In this document: positions 1 through 13,099 of the stretch, piece by piece
How positions within the stretch are numbered: the first letter of the stretch is position 1
How the letters are laid out: each line of letters begins with the position of its first letter
NCBI GenBank assembly: GCA_951406725.2
Contig: OX597827.1
Location: 50,530,001-50,594,000 of the forward strand
DNA length: 64,000 nt
Direction: 5' to 3'
From: Octopus vulgaris
Lineage: Eukaryota
Notes under the pieces: generated by a model
The model's database searches: none
Seen by the model: only the letters and a program-made list of their open reading frames with translations
Told to the model about the DNA's origin: nothing
Translations under genes and position numbers: made by a program

Positions 1-165
1 TGCTGGTGTGTTTACGTCCCCGTCACTTAGCGGTTCGGCAAAAAGAGAACGATAGAATAAGTACTGGGCTTACAAAGAATAAGTCCCGGGGTCGATTTGC
101 TCGACTAAAGGGGGGTGCTCCAGCTTTGCCACAGTCAAATGACTGAAAAGAAGTAAAAGAATAAA

Positions 166-168
<3 letters not shown>
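1..168 (+). mobile_element. CORE-like tRNA SINE (family A), 3' half, cut by window edge
   Basis: Near-identical to 17132-17290 (tgctggtgtgttt...cagtcaaatgactgaaa...aagtaaaaga). Confidence 0.85.
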
Positions 169-220
<52 letters not shown>

Positions 221-249
221 ATATTATATATATATATAAAAGATTAAGA

Positions 250-318
<69 letters not shown>

Positions 319-341
319 ATATATATTATATATATAAAGTA

Positions 342-416
<75 letters not shown>

Positions 417-430
417 TATACATATGTATA
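168..430. repeat. (TA)n microsatellite, imperfect
   Basis: Direct reading. Confidence 0.95.
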
Positions 431-1516
431 TACACGTATATATATGTATATATTTCTACGCGTTTATGCGTGTGAACGTATGTGTACATACATATACATA
501 TGTGTACATACATAAGGAGAGAGAGAGAGAGACCGAGAGAGATGTAAAATTCGATTCGATTGACAGCTCGTCCTTTTCTTGTCATTGTGAACTTCTGTTA
601 TATTGTTATTTCTTGTAATCCAATCTATACCTTTGTTATTTTGTTTTTCCTATGTTGCATCAGTTACACAGCAACTATATACCAATGATTTGCTCTAGTG
701 ATTGCCTGCATTATAATTGAGATATTACTAATGTTTTGTCAAATATAGTGCTTCAATCATACAGAAAGATGGATTTATCGAGATTTAATGTTTATGCACA
801 CACGAAGTTGAAAAAAAAAGGCTAAAGTTTTTTTTTATTTGTCATATCACATGTATTTACGTTAGAATGTTGTAGAGACTTGTCTGCCAAAGCTTACTGC
901 CACAGTAATCAATATCAAATTATCAATGAATTTTCTCTGCGTTCGTCTCTTAACCGATTAATCTACTCGTTAGCATTTCTCCGATATAATGCGTAACAGA
1001 ACATTGTTCTCAGCACTCGTCTTTGGAAGAGACCAAAGAAGAGTAACAATAAATATTGTTACAATAAAATAAAAGAATAACGTGTAAAAAGCCTAAATGG
1101 AAATTTGCTTTAGTAAATTTAACGAATGTGAAAAAATTGCTTCGTTTAAATGATAATTATTACGTTACGGAAGACGGAAAGCTGTAAAATACTTAGAAAT
1201 TACATTTCTTGCAGTGTTTTACTTTAGTTATTTACTTATACTAAACATAAGATGTTCTCTATCTTTTGTGTCCCGTACATTTATGTTTTTTGCTGGCTTT
1301 ACAGTATACGTAGATCTAAGATAGAAACATATTTGTGGCATTGTTAATAGTAAAATCTGCTGGCGATGATAAAAACAGTACATTTCATACACAAACATGC
1401 ATATATGCATACATACACACATGAACACAATCGCACAAACTCCCACGCACTTGCATACACATGAACGCACTCCCACACACTCGCACGTAAGCACATACAA
1501 TTACACTCATACAAAA

Positions 1517-1591
<75 letters not shown>

Positions 1592-1593
<2 letters not shown>

Positions 1594-2090
1594 GTTCTAT
1601 CCTCTTCGTAGTAGCCCAAGTATCACTTGCGTATAAGAGCGCAGGTAGCACGGTGCCTGGCACTATGGCATTGTCTAGCTTTATTCGGGGCACATCCTTT
1701 ATTGAATTAAATACTTTCCATTCTGATCATATTCTCTATGAGATAGGACATCGATTAGCTACGACACAAAGGGCCATGAAAAACTTCATGCTAGGAATAT
1801 CTTTAAAAGAGCACATTCGAAATTAAATATTTCAATAAAGGAACGGAGTGAACATTACGTTCGCAGAGTGCCGAAAGCACGTGTTTCGCTGTGCTAGAAA
1901 TGTGTCATGGTTCACAGATAATAGGTGGACCGTGCAGTTATCGAATGGTATCCAAGAGATCGGAAAAGGCCACGTGGACGGCCTCAACATCGATAGGAAG
2001 TTGATTTAGTCAAGCAATTTCGGTCAAAATGGAAAAGAATGGGCCAATTATGTCTGAATTAGAAGCGCATTGTGCCCAGAGGTGTATAAG
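1592..2090 (+). mobile_element. RTE-clade LINE 3' remnant with inverted 5' segment
   Basis: Minus strand 1592-1735 encodes VLPALLYASDTWATTKRIEH. Plus strand from about 1745 encodes decayed, frameshifted ATTQRAM..MLGISLKEHIRN..DNRWT..WYPRDRKRPRGRPQHR, a typical RTE ORF C-terminus. Confidence 0.75.
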
Positions 2091-3403
2091 GATATCTGAA
2101 TGTTTGGGTCTGAGATACTCACATATATATATATATGCTCCAGGGCATCGATGTTATCCAAGGGAAAGTTAAAGGCCGATACAGCTTGGCACCTGTGACG
2201 TCGCATTTAATTAAATAATAAATAATATATATGTGTGTGTGTGTATGTGTTTGTGTGTGTGTGTAGAGGACGTCACCAACGGTGAAAATAACATGAAATA
2301 CGAAAACAAATGAGTTAAATACGTAAACAATGAGAATAAATGGAAAACAGGAAAGTAAATAAAAAGAAAAGACCCTTCATCAGTTGTCGGCTGTCTATCT
2401 ATTCCTCATTTCGAGCATTCAACAACAATATGAGCTTTCAAAGGTAGCTGCTCCCATGAATCCTAAAATAAAAGGGAAGTTATATTCTAAAATAAAATAG
2501 AAGTTGCCTCCTTTAAACGAAAAATTTCTGAGAAATTTACGTTAAATCAGAAATGCGAATATGTGATTAAAATCATGCATCTCATATCAACAATAACGAA
2601 TTTTGACAACCACGCAGTGTCACAACATCTATGAGGATAGTAATCATAATACAATAGTACTTGGTTGGCACATATTTTATCGATCCACAGAAACATGAAT
2701 ATCAATATCAGCTTCGTTAGGAATTGAAATCAGAATGTAAAGAAAGCAAAATGCTTTTTGTTCTACGTTGTTTGTCACATTAGCATATCTTAGTTTTCTA
2801 ATTTATATACCCGCATAAAATATGCGGCGGTAGAAGGCCAACACACAAGACCGTACAACTTAGATGAGAGCGTAGTTGATTAAATCAACTCCATGATTTA
2901 AGTATGGAAGGATGAAAGTAGGGTTGACTTCTTAAATATCATCTTGCCATTTTGTCCTATCTATTACAATTAGAGGTAAACTTTGTCAATCTACTTTTAA
3001 GTTCTAAGTTCAATTCCTATTTAGCTGATTTTGTCGTTCATCTTTTCGGGGTCAATAATTCAAGTGTCTGCCAAATATTGATTTGAATTAATCGTCTGTA
3101 TTCTCCTTCTACAGTGATTTATAGTCGTGTACCATTGTTAGAAATTATTACTTGATTTGAATTATTTAAAGAGGACAAACAGTGGATGTCAGAACAGGTG
3201 TAACGCCAGACAATTTACCCAGACAATTTACTCCACGGTAACTAGTTTTACTCAAAGTTCAAATACATTGTACAGTCTGTCTGTCGTTCGTGTGAGATCG
3301 ATAAAATAAGTGGCAACCAATTTCGAAAGTCGATAGAATCAATAAATTTACTCTTCTCAAATGCTTGACCAGGTGTCAATGCTACAAATCACTATTATTA
3401 ATT

Positions 3404-3535
3404 TAGGTCGATTTTTGCCTTTCATCCTTTCGGGGTCGATAAATTAAGTACCAATGAAACACTGGGGGGTCGATGTAATCTACTAGTCCCCGCCCACCAA
3501 ATCTAAGGCCTTGTAGTCCAGTAGAAAGGAATATT
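3404..3535 (+). mobile_element. Meta-domain-like SINE (family B), partial
   Basis: ggtcgatttttgcctttcatcctttcggggtcgataaattaagtacc core shared with other copies. Confidence 0.7.
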
Positions 3536-3648
3536 ACTATTTTAATTACGTCCCTTTATATTCTAAAGTAAGACTCCTGCTTGTCGCTTTAGCACTTCAT
3601 AAAGTATCAGTTAAGTCCTTGTGTGCATTAGTGGTATCTACCACATCA

Positions 3649-4045
3649 GGCGGTGAGCTGGCAGAAACGTTAGCACGCCGGGTGAAATGCGCAGCAGTAT
3701 TTCGTCCGTCGTTACGTTGTAAGTTCAAATTCCGCCGAGGTCGATTTTGCTTTTCATCCTTTCGGGGTCGATAAATTAAGTACCAGTTACGCACCGGGGT
3801 CGATGTAATCGACTTAATCCGTTTGTCTGTCCTTGTTTGTCCCCTCTGTGTTTAGCCCCTTGTGGGTAGTAAAGAAATAGGTATTTCGTCTGTCTTTACG
3901 TTCTGAGTTCAAATTCCGCCGAGATCGATTCTGCTTTTCATCCTTTCGGGGTTGATAAAGTAAGTACCAGTTACGTATTGAGGTCGATATGATTGACTGG
4001 TCCCCTCCCCAAAACTTTAGGGCCTTGTTCCTAGAGTAGAAAAGA
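3649..4045 (+). mobile_element. Family B SINE, composite/dimeric copy
   Basis: tRNA-like head (A box tggcagaaacg, B box gttcaaattcc) and Meta-like core cttttcatcctttcggggtcgataaattaagtacc; the body recurs after an internal tail. Confidence 0.85.
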
Positions 4046-4715
4046 AATTTCCTTCTCACATCCTTATCCAACCCTTCAGACAAGAATTTGTCACTAATAA
4101 TGATATTTAAAACTGTTTTAGTATAGGTAGTTTTTGGCGCAGATGACCAAATGGTTAAAAAGTTGTGTTCGAAATCATGAGTTATGAGTTCAATCCAATT
4201 GTTGGGATTGAACACAAACTTTATGAATGAAAATGGAGAGATGGAAACCCATTGTATGGATTTCACTTTTTAATTCAAAGACCCAGGCTTGTTACACTGT
4301 ATCACAATAATTCTGTCTTGACAATACATTAACGGCACACTTTCCTATGGAATATTCAGCTAATTATACACTAATTCAATGCTAATTTAAGTGAACAACC
4401 AAAGCCTCTTCGTTGAAACAGATAGTGATTCATTTATTTGAAATATAAATAACGGTAATTTTTTGAAGCCCGTTCTAGATTTTCTTATCCCGATGGCTTA
4501 CTTCTTCAATTTCTCCGTCCCCCAAATTACTATTTCAGTCTCATAGTAACCTATACTTTCCATTTCCAGCTCATACTTATTATTCCTTACTTGTTGCTAC
4601 ATTTATATATTTGTCTTATTTTCTTTAATTTATAACCTTATTCTCTACTTCTCTCTGACCTGTAAGATGTTTTTATTGCTTAATCGTTTACCTGCCTCTT
4701 TCTGTAACAGTGTTT

Positions 4716-5143
4716 GGATCTTTTCGGTTTGAACGGCAGTTTTTTTAAATAATTTCTAGGTAACTAAAAAATTTTAAACTTCGTATACTCGTAGAATGTG
4801 TTTATAAAACATCTTTTTCTCTTGGCTTTATTGAGAAAATTTTATAGTTTGTAAGATATTTGTTTTTTTCTTCAATTTCTGCAATTTCAACCAATCAGTG
4901 ACGTCTATTGAGTTAAAAAGCATTCTGTGCCGTATGAATATGTCTCTCGTTTAAGAAACAGATTGGGCTTATTTACATTTGTGAAGAAAAAAAGATACCC
5001 TTCCCCCACCCTAACCTTAACCCTAACTAACCCCAACCCTAAAAGAGATTGAAATGCAATAGATCGATTCTAGGGTCATAATTATGGGTGACAATTTCAT
5101 ATGACACCGCTAGAAAAAACTGCCGTTCAAACCGAAAAGATCC
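4716..5143 (+). mobile_element. MITE (GGATC-ended, probably Merlin superfamily), copy 1
   Basis: TIR ggatcttttcggtttgaacggcagttttt / aaaaactgccgttcaaaccgaaaagatcc; perfect 8-bp TSD cagtgttt (4708-4715, 5144-5151); internal (CCCTAA)-like run. Confidence 0.92.
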
Positions 5144-5344
5144 CAGTGTTTCATTCTGTAAATCAGTAGTCACCCTCTTCTGTAGCATTCTCGTGGTTGT
5201 TATTTTAGTTGCTATCGTAGCCCAAACCTAGTCGTCACACATATGATCGAAGTTTCCTATGATCATTCCATACGATGCATCTCAAGCAATATCATCCATT
5301 CCATCCATGCTCATTCTGTATGATACACCTCAAGTTATATATAA

Positions 5345-5640
5345 TTCATTCCATGCTTCCATCTTCTCCGTCCACTATTCATAGGAGGATCATGGGAGGT
5401 AGTCTTCGAGCACTTACTCCATAGGGTTCTATCACAAGCAACCGTGGTTAGATTTTCTGGCTGGATTCCCAGGTGTGACCAGCTGAGACTATGGACATTA
5501 TCCAACCATCTAATTTTTGGTTTACTCCTAGGTCTACTACCGGTTGGCTCGGCTTGAAAAATCCGTCTTGCAATTCTTTCCTGCAACGATCTAATCCCAT
5601 GTCCATAGTATTGGTGCTGTGACCAATACGAATGCACAAA
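5345..5640 (-). mobile_element. RTE-like LINE 3' remnant
   Basis: ERIARRIFQAEPTGSRPRSKPKIRWLDNV...ACDRTLW resembles the RTE C-terminal R-P-R-G-R-P..RW.D motif. Confidence 0.65.
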
Positions 5641-6483
5641 TGTTAGTGTTCGGACAACTGCTGCTAAGTCGAAACTTTTCAACGTGGGTGTTGTACTTCC
5701 GCAGGAGTATGTATTGTCAACTCACCGCTTCATAATTGTTTTGAAATGGATTGACATTCGCAGCAGCTGTGGAAGTGGTATCACAATCGGTAAGAGTAGG
5801 ATCGGTCGGATAACTGCATGTTATTGGCTCATCAGAAGGTGATCTCAAGCTTGCACTGAATAGGTTCGGTGCTGAGGGCTGCAAGACAGGGTTGCAAATA
5901 CGGAGACATTGGTCCACTCAAGAAAGCCTTCCTAGGGCTCTTTGCGTATAAGTGGAACATCACTGAGACGAGTGGAGAGGTTATATAATCCAGTACATTC
6001 TAATTTAAGGTAACAGGACTTGCATTGAGAGAGATTCGGCTGCTATTTTTAGCTTAACGAGCGACCGTGTAAAGGCGTCTTCACTGACTCATTACAATTC
6101 ACGCAATTATATCTGCCTGGCAATGAACAGCCGTATCATTCTAATGAGAATAACGCTGTAGCTATTTCTTCACAGAGAATAACATTTTGCCCCTTGTATT
6201 AATAGTATTTCAGCATGATTCAGTCGTGGCAAGAAGTCAACTGTTTTAATCAGTAACTTGTTGATACATAAATATTAATGACTTTCTCTTCTGTAACATG
6301 CTGGCACAATACGCTTGGCAAGTGTTGTAAAAATGACAACTTCTATTAACCTTGCAAACACTGTACATATATTTCTGCAAGTATGTATTATGAATGCAGG
6401 TCGCACCTCTGAGAATACATTACTCAACATTAAACCTAGGTTTACCTATCATTAGAGCCCTGTAATAGGAGAAATAATGTTGA

Positions 6484-6596
6484 ATGTATGTATGTATGTA
6501 TGTATGTATGTATGTATGTATGTATGTATGTATGTATGTATGTATCTATGTATGTATGTATGTATGTTTGTATGTATGCATGAATGTATGTATGTA

Positions 6597-6640
<44 letters not shown>

Positions 6641-6645
6641 TACAC
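6484..6645. repeat. (ATGT)n-(TA)n-(CA)n compound microsatellite
   Basis: Direct reading. Confidence 0.95.
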
Positions 6646-6964
6646 ACTTTCACTCTCTATTGGTTTATTTTCTGCTCAAATCTAATTTGAACCGTTTGAG
6701 CCACATGTCTCTCTTTTGTATTTCATTCATTGCAGCAAATCATTTACGTTTTAAATTATATTTCTCTCCAAATCACTCAATCTCTAGATGTTATCTTCCA
6801 ACAAAATGCCCCAGTTTTTATCTTATTTTATTTTGTATATTGATCTTTTAGTTCTCGGCAACACTATTTCGACGGAATTGATTAAATAATAACTCCAGTT
6901 CTAGCTCTATCTTTGCATGATCTTTCCCTTACTAAAGAGGTTAACATCTGTAGTCCCACATTTA

Positions 6965-7152
6965 ATTTCTTCTTTTTCTTCTTCTTCGTGTTCTTCTTGT
7001 TGTTTTTGTTGTTCTTCTTGTTCATCTTCTTCTCCTTCTTCGTCTTCTTCTCCTCCTTCTTCTTCTTCTTCTTCTTCTTCTTCTTCTTCTTCTTCTTCTT
7101 CTTCTTCTTCTTCTTCTTCTTCTTCTTCTTCTTCTTCTTCTTCTTCTTCTTT
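6965..7152. repeat. (TTC)n microsatellite
   Basis: Direct reading. Confidence 0.95.
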
Positions 7153-9746
7153 TCACTAAATACTTTACAGAAAAAGAATAAGTTTTAAAACGACCTTAAT
7201 CTTGTTATTTGAACTGTTTCCCTGAGCAAATTTTTTAATTACTCGTACGTAAGATGTTCAGTTTGGTGCTTGGCCATTTCTCATTGCTTCTCACGTATCA
7301 GTACAATAAAGGTATCAAAAAAGGTATGTTTCCGTAGGTGTAAAATGTATGCGTATAAACATGATATCCCTTTAAAAAAAATCATGAGCAAAGGGAATAC
7401 TTTTTGTCATTTGAATGTTTTCGCGCCGATAAATAGTTGAATTATATTTACTGTGAGCTCGCTTTTCATTGCTGTGATTCGATTGAAATTAATTACAAAT
7501 GTTAGATTGACATTTCCCGTATAATAATTATTTCAAGAACATTATTAATATACTCTTTATTGTCCTAGCAACGCAACACTCACACAAACAGAAGCGCGCG
7601 CACTCGTTTGTATACAGAAACACACTTTAACTCTTAGAGATGCTGTCACCCATATCTGATAAACCTCGAGTGTTTATACTGTGTTAATAAGTTTAGAGCT
7701 GCTAACAAAAATATAAAGACAAACGGAAACAACTAGCGTTACTGTCACCTGAACGTGGTTCACATCATGTTGAATAGAATGAGAAAAAAAAACTACTCTA
7801 AACTGTCGGCCAAATGATGTATGGCAACTACTGCTTCGTCGGGTTATGGCGCAATATAGCAACGTTGTCAACTTATGATATTTCAGTTTGATTGTGACAC
7901 TAAGGAAAATCGATAAGCACACTAATTCTGAATCATGGAGAATAATACATGTGTATCGATGCGTGATCATACACATATAATTTCATTGAAATTACGAAGT
8001 TATTGGAATGCATTTCGAATGATTTCTTGTTTAATTGTTTTGGCCAATGGAAGATTGTTAATACGTTTGTAGGATAATGTGAACTAATAATGATTGATTA
8101 ATTTTGAGCTTTCAAAGGATTTCATCCTGCTCTTTACTTAGTACATTGTTTGTTTTTGTCATTCCATAAATCAATGGTATCTTGATATATTATTTAATCT
8201 CTTCATGAATGACTGACCGTTCGTTTGTTGAATGAATCGTCCAATTTACTGGTGAAAGTGAGATCCTTTATTTCACCGTCTCATAAATAGCAGTAACTTT
8301 GATTGCTTATAAATGGTTCTACCTCTATGCTACTGGAAATAAAACAATATTTTGGAAATGACGCTTTTTAATGACTCACTTAATTCCATATTCAGACGAA
8401 TTAATTATTGCTTTTAGCTTTACCATTCCCCTTGTCTTAAACAAATAGGTGAACAGTTACCATTTCTAACTAGACATTACAAAATTAGAAACCAAAGTAT
8501 TCTTTACAAATACACACAGTCATTGCATTATTGAGATCATCCTTCCCGATGATAAACCTCTCTTTGATCATTGTGTTACTTTGAATAAGTCCGTGCCTTT
8601 CCACTAACATAACAACCAAATGCTCAATCACTCTTACTGTTCTTTTCTCAATATAACATCATATATAATGGCGCACTGCCCCAAGGTAGTATTAGCCCCG
8701 AAGGACATAAGATGAATCAATGTCAAATAGATTCTATAATTAACGAGATATGTGGCACGTATGTCATCATGTCCGACTCAAGTCCACAACAGAAAGGAGA
8801 CTATACGGACCTTGTCAACATCAACTCCATTGGTATCGTTGTAAAGATTCTCCACCACAGAAGTACACACGTTACTTTAGTAAACCTATATTGATAAACG
8901 ACAACAAAAAATTAAGTCGATGAGCAAACCACAATGTGTATGTTAGATCTGTTAAGATATTGCAGCCAAATCTTACTCAAAATCCCTCTCAACCACTTTT
9001 TAAAAGAAAGGTTATATAATACAACTTAAATACATTTTTTTAATATTTGAAATTAAGATGGGTGGTTATGACAGAATTTTCTTTGAACATAGATCTAATT
9101 ATAACAACAGTAACAATATTTTCTCAATTTTCTCCGAATGTTCAAAAACTATTAGTCCTTTGGTTCCTTCTTATTGGTCCAATTTCTTCCAATGCTCTCT
9201 AAAGAATTCCATTAAAAATATTGTAATCTATCAGCGTTACTTATTTATCAATAAGTATCTGTGTTGATTTCTTACAAGGCCGGAAATTTGGGAGGAAAGA
9301 AGAGGAATCGATTATATCGATCCTGGTATTTGACTGGTACTTATTTTATCGACTGCTGAGGAGCGAATGGCAGTGGTAGAAAGAAATGAATGGCTCCTAA
9401 ACAGTTATTAAAGACTCACTAACATCATTATAATAATCATTATCATCATCATAATAATCATTATCATCATCATCATCATCATCATCATTGTCTTCGTCAT
9501 CGTCATCGTCGACGTCGTCATCCTCATAGATTTTTTGCTGCACTAAATAAGAGGCTTGAATCTTTCAGGGATCAATAAAATAAGTTGAGAGAGTCAAAGT
9601 CGACCGGTATTTCGGAGATCATTGAAAGCTATATACTACTACTACAACTGCAGTGTCAAACTGTTTTCAGTAGTTTGAGACTACAAGTTTATCTTTTTAA
9701 CGTTGTCTACTTTTCGTCAACTAAATTTTAATACCAATATTCGTTT

Positions 9747-9952
9747 CAGATTTTGGCACAAGGCCAGCAATTCGGAGGAGGGGGTGAGTCGATTACATCG
9801 ACCTCAGTATTCAACTGGTACTTATTTTATCGAACCCGAAAGGATAAAAGATAAAGTCAACCTCGGTGGCGTTTGAACTCATAACGTAAAGACGAATAAA
9901 ATACCGATATGTATTTTTCCCAGCGTGATAACCATTCTGCCAGCTCGCCACC
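9747..9952 (-). mobile_element. Family B SINE
   Basis: Reverse complement of head, core and ggccttgtgccaaaa tail. Confidence 0.8.
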
Positions 9953-10013
9953 TTACATATGGATTTATTACAATGTGAGGAATTAATGTGGAGGGATAAG
10001 CGTCAATTATATT

Positions 10014-10232
10014 TATTTCTTTATTGCCCACATGGGGCTAAACACAGACGACAGACAAAGTGATTAAGTCGATTATATAGACTCCAGTGCGTAACTGCTA
10101 CTTATTTAATCGACCCCGAAAGGATGAAAGACAAAGTCGACCTCGGCGGAATTTCAACTCAGAACGTAACGGCAGACGAAATACTACTAAGCATTTCGCC
10201 CGGTGTGCTAACGATTCTGCCAGATCGCTGCC
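10014..10232 (-). mobile_element. Family B SINE with 13-bp TSD
   Basis: Full head and core; TSD cgtcaattatatt at 10001-10013 and 10238-10250. Confidence 0.85.
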
Positions 10233-10368
10233 ATAGACGTCAATTATATTGACGCTTACTTATTGATGCCGGAGTGGTAACGAATGGTAAAGCCGGATTC
10301 AGCGAAGTTTGAACTGAGGAGTTGTAACCCAATACCGTTCTAATGGTTCTTGATATCCAATATCCTTA

Positions 10369-10748
10369 AGGCGGTGAACTGGCAGAAACGTTAGCACGCC
10401 GGGCGAAATACTTAGCAGTATTCCGTCCGTCTGAACGTTCTGAGTTCAAATTCCGCCGAGGTCGTCTTTGCCTTTCATCCTTTCGGGGTCGATAAATTAA
10501 GTACCAGTTACGCACTAGGGTCGATATAATCGACTCAATCCATTTGTCTGTCCTTGTTTGTCCTCTGTGTTCAGCCCCTTGTGGGTAGTAAAGAAATGGG
10601 TATTCCGTCTGTCTTTACGTTCTCAGTTCAAATTCTGCCTTTCATCCTGTCGTGGTCGATAAATTAAGTATAGTTGCGTACTGGGGTCGATCTAATCGAC
10701 TGGCCCCCTCCCCCAAAATTTCGGGCCTTGTGCCTAGAGTAGAAAAGG
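10369..10748 (+). mobile_element. Family B SINE, composite/dimeric copy
   Basis: Same two-module layout as 3649-4045. Confidence 0.85.
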
Positions 10749-12935
10749 ATATTTTGAAACCAATATTAATAAAACCTAAGCGTAGAAACGGTATGTCGTT
10801 GGTAAATATACCTTGTATCATTTAATTGCGTTTTCCTTTGTTTTTAAGTTTGATTCCTGCTGGGGTGGACCTACATCTCATTATACCATGGTTAAAAAGT
10901 AATGTAGCAGCCAATACTGGTATCATGATAATCGGCTGTTGTCTCCATCAAATATGCGATCTTATGCGTTTGTAATAAATGAAGATCAATGAAATATATT
11001 ATCTTTATTATATTCATGTTCTCATCATCATAAAACAATGAAGCGTCATATCAATATATTCCTCTTTAGATGTCTGTGCTTATTTTCACATTTGCCACGA
11101 ATGATCATATACCAATCTCTTAATGAAAACACTATTCTGTTTCATCTCAATAAATCGCAGTATTAAACAACCAGAGTGTCTCTTCTTCTCTGGCACAATT
11201 TCATTCTAAAATTTCTGCAACACTCAAATATTTCCACATCTTCAGAAGTAACACCAATTGCTGTACGTTTTCCAAATGAGAACCCAACATCTAGGGGTGA
11301 AATTATCGGAAAACGAGTATCCACATAAAAAAGTATCGAAGAAGTATGTGAAAAGAAAGATGATATCGGTAATTGAATACACAAAATAAAATATCATTAT
11401 ATTTTGCCACCTTGTGGGAATCACCTGTAGTGAATTAAGATTTTATTGATATTCTTGCATATATAGCTTTATCAAAAACTAATTTTAAATAACAGAAATT
11501 TATCCGAAATGTTATAAACAAGGTTAAAACTCACTATATTACATGTTTAATATTGGATTTTTGGTCTTCGCATTTGTTTTTGCCGATCTACCAGTGACAT
11601 AGTATGCTTTGATAAGAAACTGTCTAATTAATGCTTGTTTTGAATACTCACAGTTTGTATTTTATTCTTTTCGTTGCTCTGAATATACACTTTCAGATAC
11701 TTTCATGGTGTTTTATTACAGAAATATTTCTCAAAGGCAAGCTGCCAAATATAATTCTGTATTTCAGTATATTTAATCATATACATATTAGTTATCTATG
11801 TTTTATTAAAACCCCATTGTTTTTAATAAAATATCTTCACAATCAGTCCCAGTATTTTAAGTACATTATTCTAAATAACCTAACTTTGTTTCTCTGGCCG
11901 ATAAACATAAGTCAATTGCGTTATATCTCATAAATGGACACAAAAACTTAATATCTATTTCGTGTGATATCCAAGCTATAAACTGAGAATTAAAGTTAGT
12001 TCTCCGACTTGCCTTTGACATCCTATCTGTAATAACTGTTTGCCGACTTCTATTGGTAGATTAAATTTTAACCGCATTTACTTTTATTGCGTTATTCTTA
12101 TGATACCAATGGCAATAACGCAATAAATAATTTATTATAGTGATTCGTTCTCCAGACCGAAATTTTGTCTACTCTGACATAAATGATCGATCTATGCTCG
12201 ACTCAACTCTGAGAAAACGTCTCCATTTTCATCTCTTCGATGTAAATAATTTATGGATCAGAAATATACGGAGACTTTATTATTTTTTCATTTCGTTACA
12301 TCTTAAGTATTTCGCTAATATTTCAAATTATGGGTTGTTAATATTACAACGTGGAAAGACGATGGATTGGTAAGATCGGTAAAGTGTCGAATAAAATTTG
12401 GTTGCGGCCGTTCTGCGTTCACATTCCATAAAGTCGACGCTTTTTTCTTCAACCCAGTCATCCTTCCTTAAAATAAGTAACAGTCAAGTATTGGGGTTGG
12501 AGTAAATTGGCAGGTCCTTCTTCGTAATATATAATCCGGTGCCAGTCATTGAAAATCGATATTACTGCATCAACCGACGTGTTTTACACGAATTCATTAG
12601 TCTATATAGATAATTGTACTTCAAAGGAAAAAAGCTTTCACTTCAGTAACCTACCTCATCATATGTTCTTTAAAAAGGCTTTTATTACTTCAGTCGACTA
12701 AAAGTTTTACTCCATAGGGATTTGACTAGTTTTTTTATGCGAATATTTGTGTTTTATTGTTTGATTACAGCCATGTAGAGGCACTACCGGCAAAGGCTTT
12801 TCTCGATTAAATCGGCTCCAACACTTCAGTTTGCTCCTTGTTTTATCGATCTCGTGTGGGTAAGATCATCCTCTACATAAAGAGACGAAAACAAAACGTA
12901 AATAGATGTAACCTACAAATGGTATTTATGTTCAA

Positions 12936-12968
<33 letters not shown>

Positions 12969-13099
12969 AGTTAAATAGTAATTAGCAATTGGTAAGAAGA
13001 ATGGGCTTTGAATATGGGCGCTTTTTCTTCTCTTATGTGTTTTGACTTGATATTAAAGAGAGCAAGCCAGTTGAGGCGAAATAGTTGTGTCTTAGTGTT

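Noticed and set aside
11163-11430. Possible exon (ORFs on the minus strand, cag|gtgatt)
   Set aside because: Weak pyrimidine tract, no matching donor and no recognisable protein in any frame.
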